From assembly GCF_004010195.1 (NCBI RefSeq), contig NC_057754.1, positions 8,740,566 to 8,802,565 on the forward strand: DNA of 62,000 nucleotides. The letters are read 5' to 3'. The stretch comes from Chiloscyllium plagiosum. Lineage: Eukaryota. The notes below the pieces were generated by a model that saw only the letters and a list, made by a program, of their open reading frames with translations, was not told where the DNA came from and ran no database searches. The position numbers were made by a program, and so were the translations under genes. Of the stretch, positions 22,321 through 35,374 are shown piece after piece. Within the stretch, counting starts at the first letter, position 1. Each line of letters starts with the position of its first letter.

Positions 22321-25290
22321 GAACATAGAACAGCGCAGAACAGGCCCATCAGCCCTCGATGTTGCGCTGACGTGTGGAACCAATCTGAAGCCAATCTAAC
22401 CTACACTATTCCATGATCATCCATATGTTTATCCAATGGCCATTTAAATGCCCTTAAAGTTAGCAAGTCGACTACTGTTGCAGGCAGTGTGTTCCACGCC
22501 CCTACTACTCTCTGAGTAAAGTACCTCTGACATTTGTCCTATATCGATCATCACGCGATTTAAAGCTATGTCCCTCATGCTAGCCATCACTATCTGAGGA
22601 AAAAGGCTCTCACTGTCCATCCAATCTAACCCTCTTATTATCTTATATGTCTCAATTAAGTCACCTCTCAACTTTCTTCTCTCTAACAAAAATGGCCTCA
22701 AGTCCCTCAGCCTTTCCTCGTAAGACCTTCCCTCCATACCAGGCAACATCCTAGTAAAACTCCTTTGAACCCTTTCCAAAGCTTCCACATCCTTCCAAGA
22801 ATGCGGTGACCAGAACGCACGCAATACTCCAAGTGCAGCCGCACCAAAATTTTGTACAGCTGCAGCATGACCTTATGGTTCCAAAACTCGATCCCTCCAT
22901 TAATAAAAGCTAACACTTCATATGCCTTCTTAACAACTCTATCAACCTGGGTGGCAACTTTGAGGGACCTATGGAGCTGGGCACCAAGATCTCTCTGCTC
23001 AGCTCATCTACACTACCAAGAATCTTACCATTCACCCAGTAATCTGCATTCCTGTTACTCCTTCCCAAAGTGAATCACCTCACACTTTTCTGCATTAAAC
23101 ACCATTTGCCACCTCTCACCCCAGCTCTGCAGCTTATCTACATCCCTCTATAACCCACAATATCCTTCGGCCCTGTCCACTACTGTACCAACCTTAGTGT
23201 TGTCCTCAAACTTACTAACCCATCCTTGTATGCCCTCATCCAAGTCATTTATAAAAATGACAAACAGCAGTGGCCCCAAAACAGATCCTTGTGGTACACC
23301 ACTAGTAACTGAACTCCAGGATGAACATTTCCCAACAACCACCACCCTCTGTCTTCTTTCAGCTAGCCAGTTTCCGATCCAGACTGCGAAATCACCCTCA
23401 ATCCCATGCCTCTGTATTTTGTGCAGTAGCCTACCATGGGGAACCTTATCAAATGCCTTACTGAAATCCATATACACCACATCAACAGCTTTACCCTCAT
23501 CCACCTGTTTGATCACTTTCTCAAAGAACTCAGTAAGGTTTGTGAGGCACGACCTACCCTTCACAAAAGCGTGCTGACTATCCCGAATCAACTTATTCCT
23601 ATCGAGATGATTATAACTCCTATCTCTTATAACCTTTTCTAACACCTTATCCACAACTGAAGTAAGGTTCATTGGTCTATAACTTCCAGGGTCGTTTCTA
23701 CTCCCCTTCTTGAGCAAGGGAACATTTGCCATCCTCCAGTATTCTGGCACTATTCCTGTAGACAATGACAACACAAAAATCAAAGCCAAAGGCTTGGCAA
23801 TCTCCTCGCTGGCTTCCCAGAGAATCCTAGGGTAAATCCCATCCGGCCCAGGGGATTTATCTATTTCCACACTTTCCAGAATTTCTAACACCTCCTCCTT
23901 TTGAACCTCAATCGCATTTAGTTTAGTAGCCTGTTTCTCAGTATTCTCCTCAACAACAGTCTTTTTCCAGTGTGAATACTGACAAAAAATATTCATTTAG
24001 CACTTCCCTATTTCCTCTGACTCCACGCACAACTTCCCACTACCATCCTTGATTGGCCCTAATCTTGCTCTAATCATTCTTTTATCCCTTATGTACCTAT
24101 AGAAAGCTTTAGGGTTTTCCCTGATCCTATCCACCAACAACTTCTCATGTCCCCTCCTCACTCGTCTTAGCTGTCTCTTTAGATCTTTCCTGACTACCTG
24201 GTAACTCTCAATCACCCTAACTGAGCCTTCACATGTCATCCTAACATAAGCCTTCCTCTTGACAAGATATTCAACTTCCTTCATAAACTACGGCTCCCTC
24301 GCTCAACCACTTCCTCCCTGCCTGACAGGTACATACTTCTCAAGGACACACAGTAGCTGCTCCTTGAATATGCTCCACATTTCTATTGTGCCCATCCCTT
24401 GCAGTTTCCTTCCCCATCCTATGCACCTTAAATCTTGTCTAATCGCATCGTAATTGACTTTTCCCCAGCTGTAGCTCTTGCCCTCCAGTGTATACCTATC
24501 CCTTTCCATCACTGAAGTAAACATAACTGAATTGTGGTCACTATCTCCAAAGAACTCACCTACCTGCAAATCTAACACCTGGACGGGTTCACTACCCAGT
24601 ACCAAATCCAATCTGGCTCGCCCCTTGTTGGCCTTTCTACATACTGTGTCAGAAAACCCTCCTGCACACAATGGAAAAAAAAACTGACCCATCTAAAGTA
24701 TTTGAACTATAGTTTTAGATTAGATTAGATTCCCTACAGTGTGGAAACAGGCCCTTCGGCCCAACCAGTTCACACCGACCCTCCGAAGAGTAACCCACCT
24801 AGACCCATTCCCCTCTGACTAATGCACCTTGCACTATGGGGCAATTTAGCATGGCCAATTCACCTAATCTGCACGTCTTTGGACTGTGGGAGGAAACCGG
24901 AGCACACAGAGGAAACCCACGCAGACACAGGGAGAATGTGCAAACTCCACACAGACAGTCGCCCGAGGCTGGAATTGAACCTGGGACCCTGGTCCCAGTC
25001 AATACTTAGGAAGTTGAAGCCCCCCATAACAAATACCCTGTTACTCTCGCTCCTATCCAGAATCATCTTTGCTATTCTTTCCTCTAAATCTCTGGAACTA
25101 TTCGGAGGCCTATAGAAAACTCCCGACAGGGTGACCTCTCCTTTCCTGTTTCTAATCTCAGCCCATACTACCTCAGTTGATGAGTCCTCAAACGTCCTTT
25201 CTGCCACTATATTACTGTCCTTGACTAACAATGCCATACCCCTGCCCCCCCACCTCTTTTATCATCTTCTTTGTTCTTATTGAAACCCAG
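22321..25290 (-). mobile_element. Long CR1 ORF2 (endonuclease part to tail) with nested HE1
   Basis: [62 protein letters not shown] tail. Confidence 0.95.
24713..24991 (-). mobile_element. HE1/V-SINE (5'-truncated) within CR1
   Basis: TAGAT tail repeats and HE1 body; splits the CR1 endonuclease frame. Confidence 0.92.
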
Positions 25291-25622
25291 TAATTTGTGG
25301 GGCCAGGTATTTGATGAAGTGGACATGAAAATGGTGCGACTGTCTTAAAGGCTGATTTCCTATCGTCCTTCAGTGAATATCAAGACTGAACCTTGATAAA
25401 ACCTAAGCATCAATGGGAGGAGATAGACAGAGAGATGGGAGAGACAGGAGAGTGATCTCATATATCTACAATTCAATCAGAACTTGACAGAATCTTGCAA
25501 CCTCCACCCAAGGTAAGTGGATGTAAATACCATCACCTCCCTGTTCCCCTTTAAGTCACAGGTGCCATCCTGACTTAGCTGACATCCAGTACACTATGTT
25601 CTGAATTTTGTTCATTCTAAAT

Positions 25623-25982
25623 GGGCAGCATGGTGGCTCAGTGGTTGGCACTGCTGCCTCACAGTGCCAGGCACCTGGGGGCAATTCCACCCTTAGACAT
25701 TTGTCTGTGTGGAGTTTGCACATTCTCCCTATGAAAGCATGGGTTTCCTCTGGGTGCTCCGGTTTCCTCCCACAGTCCCAAGATGTGCAGATTAGGGGGA
25801 TTGGCCATGCTAAATTGCCCATAGTATCCAGGGGATGTGCAAGTTGGGTGGATTAGCCATGGGAAATGGAGGGTTGCAGAGATGGAGTGAATCTGAGTGG
25901 GATGTTCTTCGGACGGTTGATGTGGAATTAATGGGCCGAATGGCTTGCTTCCACACAGTAGGGATTTTAAGATTCTATGAAA
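25623..25982 (+). mobile_element. HE1/V-SINE
   Basis: Head, V-domain and ATTCTATG tail. Confidence 0.92.
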
Positions 25983-26111
25983 TATTGAGAAGACAAACTG
26001 TTGGCTTCACTCCCACCTACAAACGCTGTTTCATAGCCATTGACTCTATCCCATCTTCTGACAACTGTCTGAGGCTGATCCAGACTGTTCAAAGCAATGA
26101 CAAAACATTTC

Positions 26112-26690
26112 ACCCCAAATTGAGCTTTCAATCACATCTTCCATCATTGCGAAGGCCATCTATTTCCACCTCACTGCCTGACTTCATCCTAGTCTCGGGT
26201 CATCTGCTGCTGAAACACTGAAATTTATTCCTTTGTCACCTGAAGACTCAAGTATCTCAGTTAGGTTCTTGCAATCAACCTCTTCACAAGCTTGCATTCA
26301 CCCAAATTCCAGAGCCTGTTTGCTTCCTTTCACCAAGGCTTATTCCCCCATTACCTTGATGCTCACTGACCATCAACAGCTTCTGAAGAAGAGCCAAAAC
26401 TTGGAAATTCACCTCGTTTTCAAATTCTACCATTGTCCATTTTTGACTATGTAAACTCATCTAGTTTCCCATCCCAATCTGAGCCCTTCTAATTTCACCC
26501 TCTTGAGCATTCCTGATTTTAACTCTCTCACACCTTCAAGTTTCAAAGCTACAAGGTGTGGAATTTCTTCCCCAAACCTACTTGCTTTTCTACCTCACTT
26601 TCCAACTTTGAAATACTCCTTTACAACCTGCCAATCTGTCCAATCTTTTGGTCCCATGCCCCAAATATTTCCTTATTGGCACATTGTCAA
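26112..26690 (+). mobile_element. Old L2-like LINE 3' fragment
   Basis: Decayed AAETL..FV..RL.Y, SPITLML.D and LVFKF pattern. Confidence 0.55.
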
Positions 26691-26871
26691 TGTTGCTTCA
26701 AAATATACAATTGAAATGCCTAATTGGGTAGTGAGAGAGATGTTTGGTACGCTTGCCTTTATTGGTAAGTGCATTAAGTATAGGAGTTGGGATATCATGT
26801 TGCAGTTGTACAAGACATTAGTTAGGCTACTTATGACAACTGTCTGAGGCTGATCCAAACTGTTTAAGCAA

Positions 26872-26972
26872 AGGCATTCCTGAAGAAGGACTTATGCCCG
26901 AAACGTCGATTCTCCTGCTCCTTGGATGCTGCCTGACCTGTTGCGCTTTTCCAGCAACACATTTTTCAGTTT
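26872..26972 (+). mobile_element. Penelope family A ~100-bp hammerhead mini-insertion
   Basis: Flanked by CTGTTTAAGCAA (26860-26871) and CTGTTCAAAGCAA (26973-26985); empty-site copy at 26059-26117. Confidence 0.88.
26876..26911 (+). ncRNA. Minimal hammerhead ribozyme (family A)
   Basis: attc CTGAAGA A GGAC ttat GCCC GAAACGTC gatt; core intact, one helix II mismatch. Confidence 0.78.
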
Positions 26973-28444
26973 CTGTTCAAAGCAACAGCAAAACATTTCA
27001 CCCCATTTCCCTGTTATTGGAAAGATGTTGTACAACTTGAAAGGCTTCAGAAAAGATTTACAAGGATGTTGCCAGAGTTGGAGGATTTGAGCGACAGAGA
27101 AAGGCTTAACAGAATGTGGCTACTTTCCCTGGAGCATCCAAGGATGAGGTGATCTTATAGAAGTTTATAAAATCATGAGGAGCATGTACAGTGTGAATAG
27201 TCAAGGTCTTTTTTACAGGGGAGGGGAGTCCAAAACTACACAGCATGGGTTTAAGGTGAGAGGGGAAAGATTTAAAAGGGACCTGAGGGGCAACGTTTTC
27301 ATGCAGAGGGTGGTGCTTGTATGGAATCAGATTCCAGAGGAGGTGGTGGAGGCAGGTACAATTACAACATTTAAAAGGCATCTGCATAGGTACATGAATA
27401 GAATGCTGGCAAATGGGACTAGATTAACATAGACTATCTGGTCGGCGTGGCCAAGTTGGACCGAAGGATCTGTTTCTGTGCTGTATCTCTCAATGATTTT
27501 ACTCTAAAGATCGATTCAAAATTTTTCTTTTCTGAGTGATTTGGACATATATTATTGTTCTGTTACTACAGGGTGAAATTGCTTATCTAACAGCATTGGG
27601 AGAGCGCCTTCACTACACAGACTGCAGCAATTTAACAAACTCCACCTTCTCCACAGGCAGCCTGGGACCAGCAATTCTTGTTGGTCAGGTTGGTGACACT
27701 CAATGCCAGAGGATAAATTTTTAGAAATCATACAGGTAAAACTCCCAAAAGCACACTCTTTCACATTTGACGGACAGAAAATGTAGCAAATTGATCTCCC
27801 CTGGAATGCAACTTTCTTTGACATTCTACAGCAGGAACTGCTGGGGGCAACTGGTCTCCAAAATTCTCAGGAACAAACGCAGCAGTTTATCTGCTATCTC
27901 CATTCCAGCTCAGAGTGATGCAACAAAGGATTACAAAAGAGTATTGGATAAGCCTCTGCAGAGGCTGGGCTACGAATGATAAGGAGGAGAACAGAAGTAG
28001 TTCATTTGCTCTCGCTGAGAGTGGCAACAACACACTTGGCCAAATACTCTCCGTTCAGATGAGAATTACCCAATGTTTCTACGCCTCACACCATGGACAA
28101 AGCTTTTCAACCATTGTGATACAAACTGACTTTTAATTCTGAAAAAGGCGTATCGGTCTCAAGATGTTAACTCTGTGTTTCTCTCCACAGATGCTGCCAG
28201 ACGTGCTGAGTTTCTCCAGCACTTTGTTCTTATTTCAGATTTCCAGTATCCACAACACTGCTTTTACATGATTCTAAGTTAATCCATCTGTCTTTCTGGA
28301 CTCAGTTAATACAAGTAATAAAACAAAAACAAAAAAAAATGCTGGAAGTAGAATTTGAAATGAAAAGAGCAAACATTGGAAACACCCCAGAAAGCAAATC
28401 TTCCTTGACCTGCTCCCACTTCCCACTGTCTGCTCCAGGAATTA

Positions 28445-28760
28445 TTGAGCATGCGTCCAGCGGCGGTTACGTCTCAAGATGGCCGCCACACTTGCGCCCT
28501 GTTGCAGATCGCTCCCAAAAAAGATGGCGGCCATCAACGCGACCGTGTCTCAGGAAGCCTGCAGCCATCATTGTGTCTGCTGCAACCGCCAAACCGGAGC
28601 TTCTTATTCAGGGCTCGAGGCTTCGGCTCCGGCTCGGTATTCATAAAGCACCTAACACGTTCACTGGCCCATTCTTACCACCCTAGAAGAAACGACAAGA
28701 GGCTCCTCTCCACGGCGATACTGTCCCATATTGCGCATGCTCTCCCCTCACGCTGTTGTA
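28445..28760 (-). promoter_or_regulatory. CpG-rich promoter and first exon (P1), probably of ZNF-B
   Basis: Local CpG retention; YY1 motifs CAAGATGGCCGCC (28475) and AAGATGGCGGC (28521); NRF1-like TGCGCATGC (28732); minus donor TG/GTAAGA at 28678. Confidence 0.7.
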
Positions 28761-28769
28761 GGTGGAGGT

Positions 28770-29792
28770 CACGATTCGGAGATGCTGGTGTTGGACTGGG
28801 GTGTACAAAGTTAACACCAAGTTATAGTCCAACAGGTTTAATTGGAAGCACACTAGCTTTCGGAGCATCGCTCCTTCATCAGGTGATAGTGGAGGGCTCA
28901 ATCCTAACACACAGAATTTACAGCAAAAATTTACAGTGTGATGTAACTGAAATTATACATTGAAAAATTGTCTGTTAAGCCTTTCATCTGTTGAATACAG
29001 TGATAGTTTCACTTCTTTCATGTGTAAATCACAAAACCTTTTTTTAAAAAGTTGCATTCTCAAATTTGCTGTTAACAATGGTGATAGCTACATAATATGT
29101 TGAAGGTGTTGGCCCCCTGTGTTCTGTCTATGCCATGATGTTTAGATTGATTCTAATCTAAAAAGTGAGATAACGGAGTTTTACATGAATTCATGCAGCT
29201 TTTGAGCAAAGTACAATGTAACCCTGCAAGTACAAATTCACCCCACAAAATATATGTGTGCATGTGGGTCTTTGTGTGTGTGTGTCTGTCTGGGTTGGGG
29301 GTTGTGAGTGTGAGAAAGTATGTATGTGAGTGTAGAGTGTCTTAAGTCTGTGAGGGGGTGCATTTGAGAGTGTGGGTGCCTGTGTGTGTGCATAGTGTAA
29401 TGGTGATCACCTGTAATGTGACATGAACCCAAGGTCCCGGTTGAGGCCCTCCCTATGGGTACCGAACTTAGCTATCAGCCTCTTCTCGGCCACTTTTCGC
29501 TGCTGCCTGTCCCGAATTCCGCCTTGGAGGATGGTCACCCGAAGGTCCGAGGTCGAATGTCCTGGACCACTGAAGTGTTCCCCAACTGGGAGGGAACACT
29601 CCTGTCTGTTGATTGTTGTGTGGTGCCCATTCATCCATTGTCGTAGCCTTTGCTCGGTTTCCCCAATGTACCATGCCTCAGTGCATCCTTGCCTGCAACG
29701 TATAAGATAGACAACGTTGGCTGAGTCACATGAGTACCCTGCCATGTACAAGGTGGGAGGTGTCCCCACACGTAATGGAGGCAGGTCCTGAT
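28770..29792 (-). mobile_element. Penelope-like element (family C), 5'-truncated
   Basis: ORF 29407-29823 NVVYLIRCRQGCTEAWYIGETEQRLRQWMNGH...PVGEHF...GLN; terminal repeat shared with 56512-56640. Confidence 0.93.
28851..28885 (-). ncRNA. Minimal type-I hammerhead ribozyme (family C), core intact
   Basis: Minus: cac CTGATGA A GGAGC gat GCTCC GAAAGCTA gtg; helix I CAC/GTG, perfect 5-bp helix II, AGCT palindrome, CUA site. Confidence 0.83.
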
Positions 29793-30855
29793 GACCGAAG
29801 GGAGCGTAGTCATCCCCAGCCATTCGGTGTGAACAATGGAACTGAATGAATAGGAGCCATGAGCCTGGATCCTCCTCACTGAGTGAAATACTTTTGAAAT
29901 CTATGTGTTTTTTTCAGATCATCGGAATTCACTGAGAGAAAAATCACTACCTTTTATCCAGGATTTTCTTTGTCAATTTCCTTTCTAGGTTTTGTTTGAG
30001 GTTACCAACCATCCCAGTAAGGAAAACAATTTGAGGCATTCAAGAGGGCGTTGGGTTATTCTTAATGCGCAAGGGTATAGGGGAAATAGAGGACATTGCT
30101 GGTCAGTAATGATGCTCATTTCAACAGCTGGTGCAGATATTTTAGGCCAATTGCCCTCTTTATGCACAGCGACACTTTTGTGATTCAGTGAATTTGTCTC
30201 TGCATAGATTTTTAATAGATCCTCAATAAAAGTTAACATCTTAGTTAAATGACTCTTCGAGTGTTTAAGTTGGTGAAGAGTTTTCAATTTATTAACAGGG
30301 AATTGAAAGCCCTCATCCTTGATCCATCCTAGTAAATTTTCTATGTATCCTCTTGACATCTTTTCTCCAGAGTGGTCCACAGAATTGAACACAATATTTT
30401 AGCTTGGCAATAACGATTGATTTTAAAAGATTCAGCTTAGGTTTCTTGCTTTTTCAAGTCTCCATTAATAAAGCTGAAGACTCCACAAACATTTTCTATA
30501 TTAAAATAAAATCTTGATCAATTGCTCAGTCCAGTCACTGTTAGAACATAGACCAGTACAGCACAAGAACAGGCCCTTCGGCACATGATTTTGTGCTGAC
30601 CATGACACCAAATTAAACTAATCTCTTCTGCCTGCCCTTGGTCCATATCCATCTATTCCTTGCGTTTTCATGTGCTTATCTAAAAGTCCCTGAAAAGTCC
30701 CTATCGTGTCTGCCTCCACCACCACTTCTGGCAGCACATTCCAGACTCCTACCACTCTGTGTAATGTACTAGATTAATTTAGGGTATCTGGTCAGCATGG
30801 ACAAGTTGGACCGAAGGGTCTGTTTCCAGGCTGGACATCTGTATGACCCTATGTT

Positions 30856-33800
30856 TAGTGAGATATGATTTCCCACACACGAAGCCATGCTGATTATCCC
30901 TAATCAGTCCTTGCCTTTCCAAATACATGTAAATCCTGTCCCTCAAGATTCCCCCCAACCACTTGCCTATATCGGGCTCACCAGTCTAAAGTTCCCTGGC
31001 TTGTCCTTACCACCTTTTTAAATTAGTGGCACCACGTTAGCCAACCTCCAGTCTTCCAGCACCTCACCTGTGACTATCGCTGATACAAATACCTTAGCAA
31101 CTACTTCCCTAGCTTCCCAAAGAGTTTTAGGGTAGACCTGATCAGGTCCTGGGGATTTATCCACCTATATGCATTTCATGCAATCCAGCACCTCCTCCTC
31201 TGTAACATGGACATTTTTCAAGATGTCACCATCTATTTCCCCACATTCTATATCTTCCATAGCCTTCTCCACAGTTAACCCTAATGCAAAATACTCGTTT
31301 AGTATCTCCCCCATCTCCAGCGGTTCCACACACAAGCTGCCTTGCTGATCTTTGAGGGGCCCTATTCTCTCCCAAGTTACCCTTTTGTCCTTAGTGAATT
31401 CATAAAATCCCTTGGGATTCTCATTATTTGCCAAAGCTATCTCATGTCTGCTTTTTGCCCTCCTGATAAGTTGCCTTTATACTCTTCCAAGGATTGACTC
31501 AATCTCTGCTGTCTTGACCTGACATATGCTGCCTTCTTTTTCTTGAGCAAACCTCAATTTCTCTTGACATCCAGTGTTCCCTACATCCACCAGTCTTGCC
31601 TTTCACCCTAAGAGGAACGTACTGTCTCTGAACTTTTGTTATGTTTTAAGGCTTCCCATTTTCCAGCTGTTCCCTTATCTGCAAACATCCGCCCCCCCCC
31701 CCCCCCCCCACCATCAACTTTTGCACGTGCTCACCGAATATCGTCAAAAATGGCCTCTTTCCAATTTAGAACTTTAACTTTGAGATCTGGTCTATCCTTT
31801 TCCATCATTCTTTTAAAACTAATAGAATTATGGTTGCTTGCCCCAAAGTGCTCCTTACACCTCTGTCACCTGCCCTGCCTTATTTCCCAAGAGGAGGTCA
31901 AGTTTTGTACCTTCTCTAGTAGGCACATCCACATACTGAAGCAGAAACTTTTCTTGTACACACTTAATAAATTCCTCTCCAACCAAACCCTTAACACCAT
32001 GGCAGGCCCAGTCCGTGTTTGGAAAATTAAAATCCCCGACCATAACCATACTATTTATTCGGACAGTTAACTAGGATCTCCTTACAAATGCGTTTCACAA
32101 TTTCCCGCTGACTGCTAGGGGATCTATAGTACAAGGTTGAGAGTGTGGTGCTGGAAAAGCACAGCCGATCAGGCAGCATCCCAAGGAGGAGGAGAATTGA
32201 CGTTTCGGGCATAAGCCCTTCATTAGGAATGAGGCTTGTGGGCCGGAGGCGTCTCAGAGATAAATGGGAGGGGAGTGAGGTTGAGGGGGAAGGTAGCTAA
32301 GAAAGCAATAGATTAGATTTGATTCCCTGCAGTGCAGAAATAGGCCCTTGAGCCCATCAAGTCCACACTGACCCTCTGAAGAGTAACCTACCCAGACACA
32401 TTCCCCTACTCATGCACCTATCACTATGGGCAATTTAGCATGGCCAATTCACCTAAGATCGATGAAGGTGAGGGAGAAGGTGATAGGTCAGAGAGGAGGG
32501 GGGAGCGGATAGATGGGAAAGGTGATGGACAGGTCAGGACAGCAATGCCGAGTTGGAGGTTTGAGACTGGGACAATGTGGAGGGAGGGGAAATGAGGAAA
32601 CTGTTGAAATCCATACTGATCCCTTGTGGTTGCAAGGTCCCAAGGTGGAATATAAGGCGTTCTTTCTCCAAGCATCAGGTGGTAAGTGTTTGGCGATAGA
32701 GGAGGCCTAGGACCTGCATATCCTTGGTGGATTGGGAGGGGAGGTTGAAGTGTTCAGCCACTGGGCAGTGGGGTTGGTTGGTGCGGGTGTCCCAGAGATG
32801 TTCTCTGAAACGATCCGCAAGTAGGCGACCAATGTAGAGGAGACCACATCAGGTGCAACTGATACAGTAGATAACATTAGTGGAGGTACAGGCAAATTTC
32901 TGTTGGATGTGGAAGGATCCTGTGGGGCCTTAGACAGACGTGAGGGGAGTGGTGTGGGTGCAGGTTTTGCACTTCCTGAGGTGGCAGGGGAAGGTGCTGG
33001 GATTGGGTTGTGGGCTGGTGGGGAGGTTGGGAGTGTGGACCTGACAAGGGAGTGGTCTCTCCAGAACGCTGATAGGGGTAGGGAGGGAAAAATATATCTA
33101 GAGGTGCGGTCCGTTTGTAGGTGACGGAAGATGATGTGATGTACGCAGAGGTTGGTGGGGTGGAAGGTGAGGACCAGGGGGTTTCTGTTCTTATGTTGGG
33201 AGGGCTGGGGTTCAGGGGCAGTGGTGTGCGAAGTGGAGGAGATGGGCTGGAGGGCATGTTGAGAATGCAATTTAATTTATCAGTCTTACCTCGTTCTCTG
33301 TTTTGTTCCTCCCTGCCCTTACTGTTTGACTTGCTCCTTTTCCCAACTGTACCAGTCTTAGATTGATCACTTTCCTCACTATCTCCCTGGGTCCACCACC
33401 ACCACCAGTAGCCAACAACTTTACTAGTTTAATTTCACCCACGCAGCTCTAGCAAAATCTCCCTGCCAGTATATTAGTCCCCTTCCAATTCAGGTGTAAT
33501 CCGTCCTTCTTATACAGGTCTCTTCTAACCCAGAAGAGTCCAATGATCCAAAAATGTGAATACTTCTCCCATACACCAGCTCTTCAGCTATGCCTTCATC
33601 TGCTCTATCCTCCTATTCCTACCCTCAGTAGCTCATAGCACCGGGAGTAATTCAGATAATACCCTCGAGGACCTCCTTTTTAAATTCCTGCCTAACTTTT
33701 TATATTTTCCTTCCTATGTGTTTAGTTCCAATGTGTACAATGACCTCCTGCTGGTCCCGCTCCCCTTTGAGAATATTCTGCAACCTCTCAGAGATATCCT

Positions 33801-34260
33801 TGATCCTGGCACCAAGGAGGCAACACACCATTCTGATTTCTCACTGCCAACCCGTGGAAACATCTGTCTGTGCCTCTGACTAGAGAGTCCCCTATCACAA
33901 TCAATTGCTTGGAACCTGATATACCCCTCATTAGATTAGAGCCAGTCTTGGTACCAGAAACCTGGCTGTTCACGCAAAATTCCTCTCAGAGTCCCATCAC
34001 CCCCTACATTTTTCAAAACTTGTTTGAGATGGGGATAACCACAAGAGACCCCTGCACTACCTGCCTTCCTCTCCTATGTTTCCTTGAGGTAACCCATCCC
34101 CCGACTGTATTTGTAGTTTTCTCCCATCCTATAACTGCCATCCATTGCACCCCCTAGCTCCTGTAAATTCCTTATTGCCCATAACTGCCCCTCCAACCAA
34201 TCCATGCAATCTGATAGGACTCATAACCAAACATGCTTATTGCAGACATAATCATCAATA
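30856..34260 (-). mobile_element. CR1 5' portion (ORF1 esterase plus ORF2 N-terminal part) with nested Penelope
   Basis: LIVIGDSLVRGTDRCF (SGNH/GDSL block), VGDFNFPNTDW, ENPKGFY. Confidence 0.9.
32134..33260 (-). mobile_element. Penelope-like element (family A) with decayed GIY-YIG and nested HE1 fragment (32309-32456)
   Basis: PLVLTFHPTN, IFPSLPLSAF.RDHSL, NVIYCISC..CGLLYIG; terminal repeat with hammerhead variant CTAATGA at 32195-32230. Confidence 0.9.
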
Positions 34261-34261
34261 A

Positions 34262-34630
34262 CAGCCTCCACCACTTCCTCTGGCAGCTCATTCCATACAC
34301 ACACCACCCTCTGTGTGAAAACGTTGCTCCTTAGGTCCCTTTTATATCTTTCCCCGCTGACCCTAAATCTATGCCCTCTAGTTCTGGTCTCCCCCACCCT
34401 AGGGCAAAGACCTTCTCTATTTATCCTATCCATGCACCTCATGATTTTATAAAACTCTGTTAGGTCACCCCTCAGCCTCCAATGCTCCAGGGAAAACAGC
34501 CTCAGCCTGTTCAGCCTCTCCCTATAGCTCAAACCCTCCAACCTTGGCAACATCCTTGTCAATCTTTTCTGAACCCTTTCAAGTTTCACAACATCTTTCC
34601 AAATAAGGAGACCAGAATTGCATGCAATAT
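34262..34630 (-). mobile_element. CR1 ORF2 C-terminal fragment
   Basis: ORF 34221-34589 LERVQKRLTRMLPRL...RVVCVWNELP. Confidence 0.92.
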
Positions 34631-35374
34631 GTCAGACAGATTGGAGAGGCAGATTTTAACACAAACCTTTAATCAGGAGAGAACAAACAGGTTGTGGGAG
34701 GGAATTTCACAATGTCACAATGAGGTAAAGAAACAAGGAGGGGTAATTAAAATCAGGGATATTGAATTTGTCAAAATGAGAACAGTACAGATATTCCAGC
34801 AGGTAATACAACTGCAGATTACCACGATAAGGAGGGAGGAGACCCCAGAGGGATTCAAAAATAAGAATACCTTTAAATAGAGGCATTGCATAATGAGCCA
34901 ATGTCTGTCAATGAGAATGGGGATGATGGGCTTGAGAAAGCACACAGGAAGCAGTTGCCCATATGATCACATGTTTCTGGATGAGGGTGGGTGAATGTGT
35001 AAGGGTGGCCATGTTTGCATTGGAATCAGCAAGACTAAAAGGTACAATAGGCATTGGAAGAGTTTTAAACAGCTTGGGTGAAGTGGAGGCAGGTTGCGTT
35101 ATAGAGTTTGTGATAGGTCGTATTACTAATGGCATGGACATGTGGCTAGAAGAGCATTATGGAGGTGGGGAAAAGCAAAGGCTGATGATTGAATTGTCTT
35201 GATATTAGAAAGAAGTCCCTGAGCTTCTCACACTTTTGCTTGGTGGGAAGGATGGTGGATACAGGGAAAGCCCTTCAAATGGAACTATTTTGTGTGCACG
35301 ATATTAAAAAGAATTGACAGAGTGTATATTCAACAAGGTTGATTTATTTTTAATACATTTTAGGTCATTCATAT

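Larger units (their letters stand above)
26720..27510 (+). mobile_element. CR1 3' fragment with a templated insertion and Penelope mini-element
   Basis: FGTLAFIG..IKYRSWDIMLQLYKTLVR and FMQRVVLVWN. Confidence 0.9.

Noticed and set aside
23148..23996. 282-aa RT ORF as an active retrotransposon gene
   Set aside because: Frameshifted on both sides, FADD changed to FEDN, and interrupted by HE1
27530..28130. Non-repeat-looking stretch with a plus-strand acceptor near 27571 as an exon or processed pseudogene
   Set aside because: Frames examined are interrupted and no family is recognisable by eye; needs BLASTX
28339..28963. Plus-strand ORFs of 115 and 172 aa
   Set aside because: Stop-poor CpG island running into a Penelope terminal repeat; no recognisable protein
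29985..30392. 135-aa minus ORF
   Set aside because: Appears to overlap decayed CR1-like sequence; no domain or splice support
34630..35340. Purine-rich segment with short ORFs as coding sequence
   Set aside because: Probably a very old minus-strand L2-like remnant; too decayed to call
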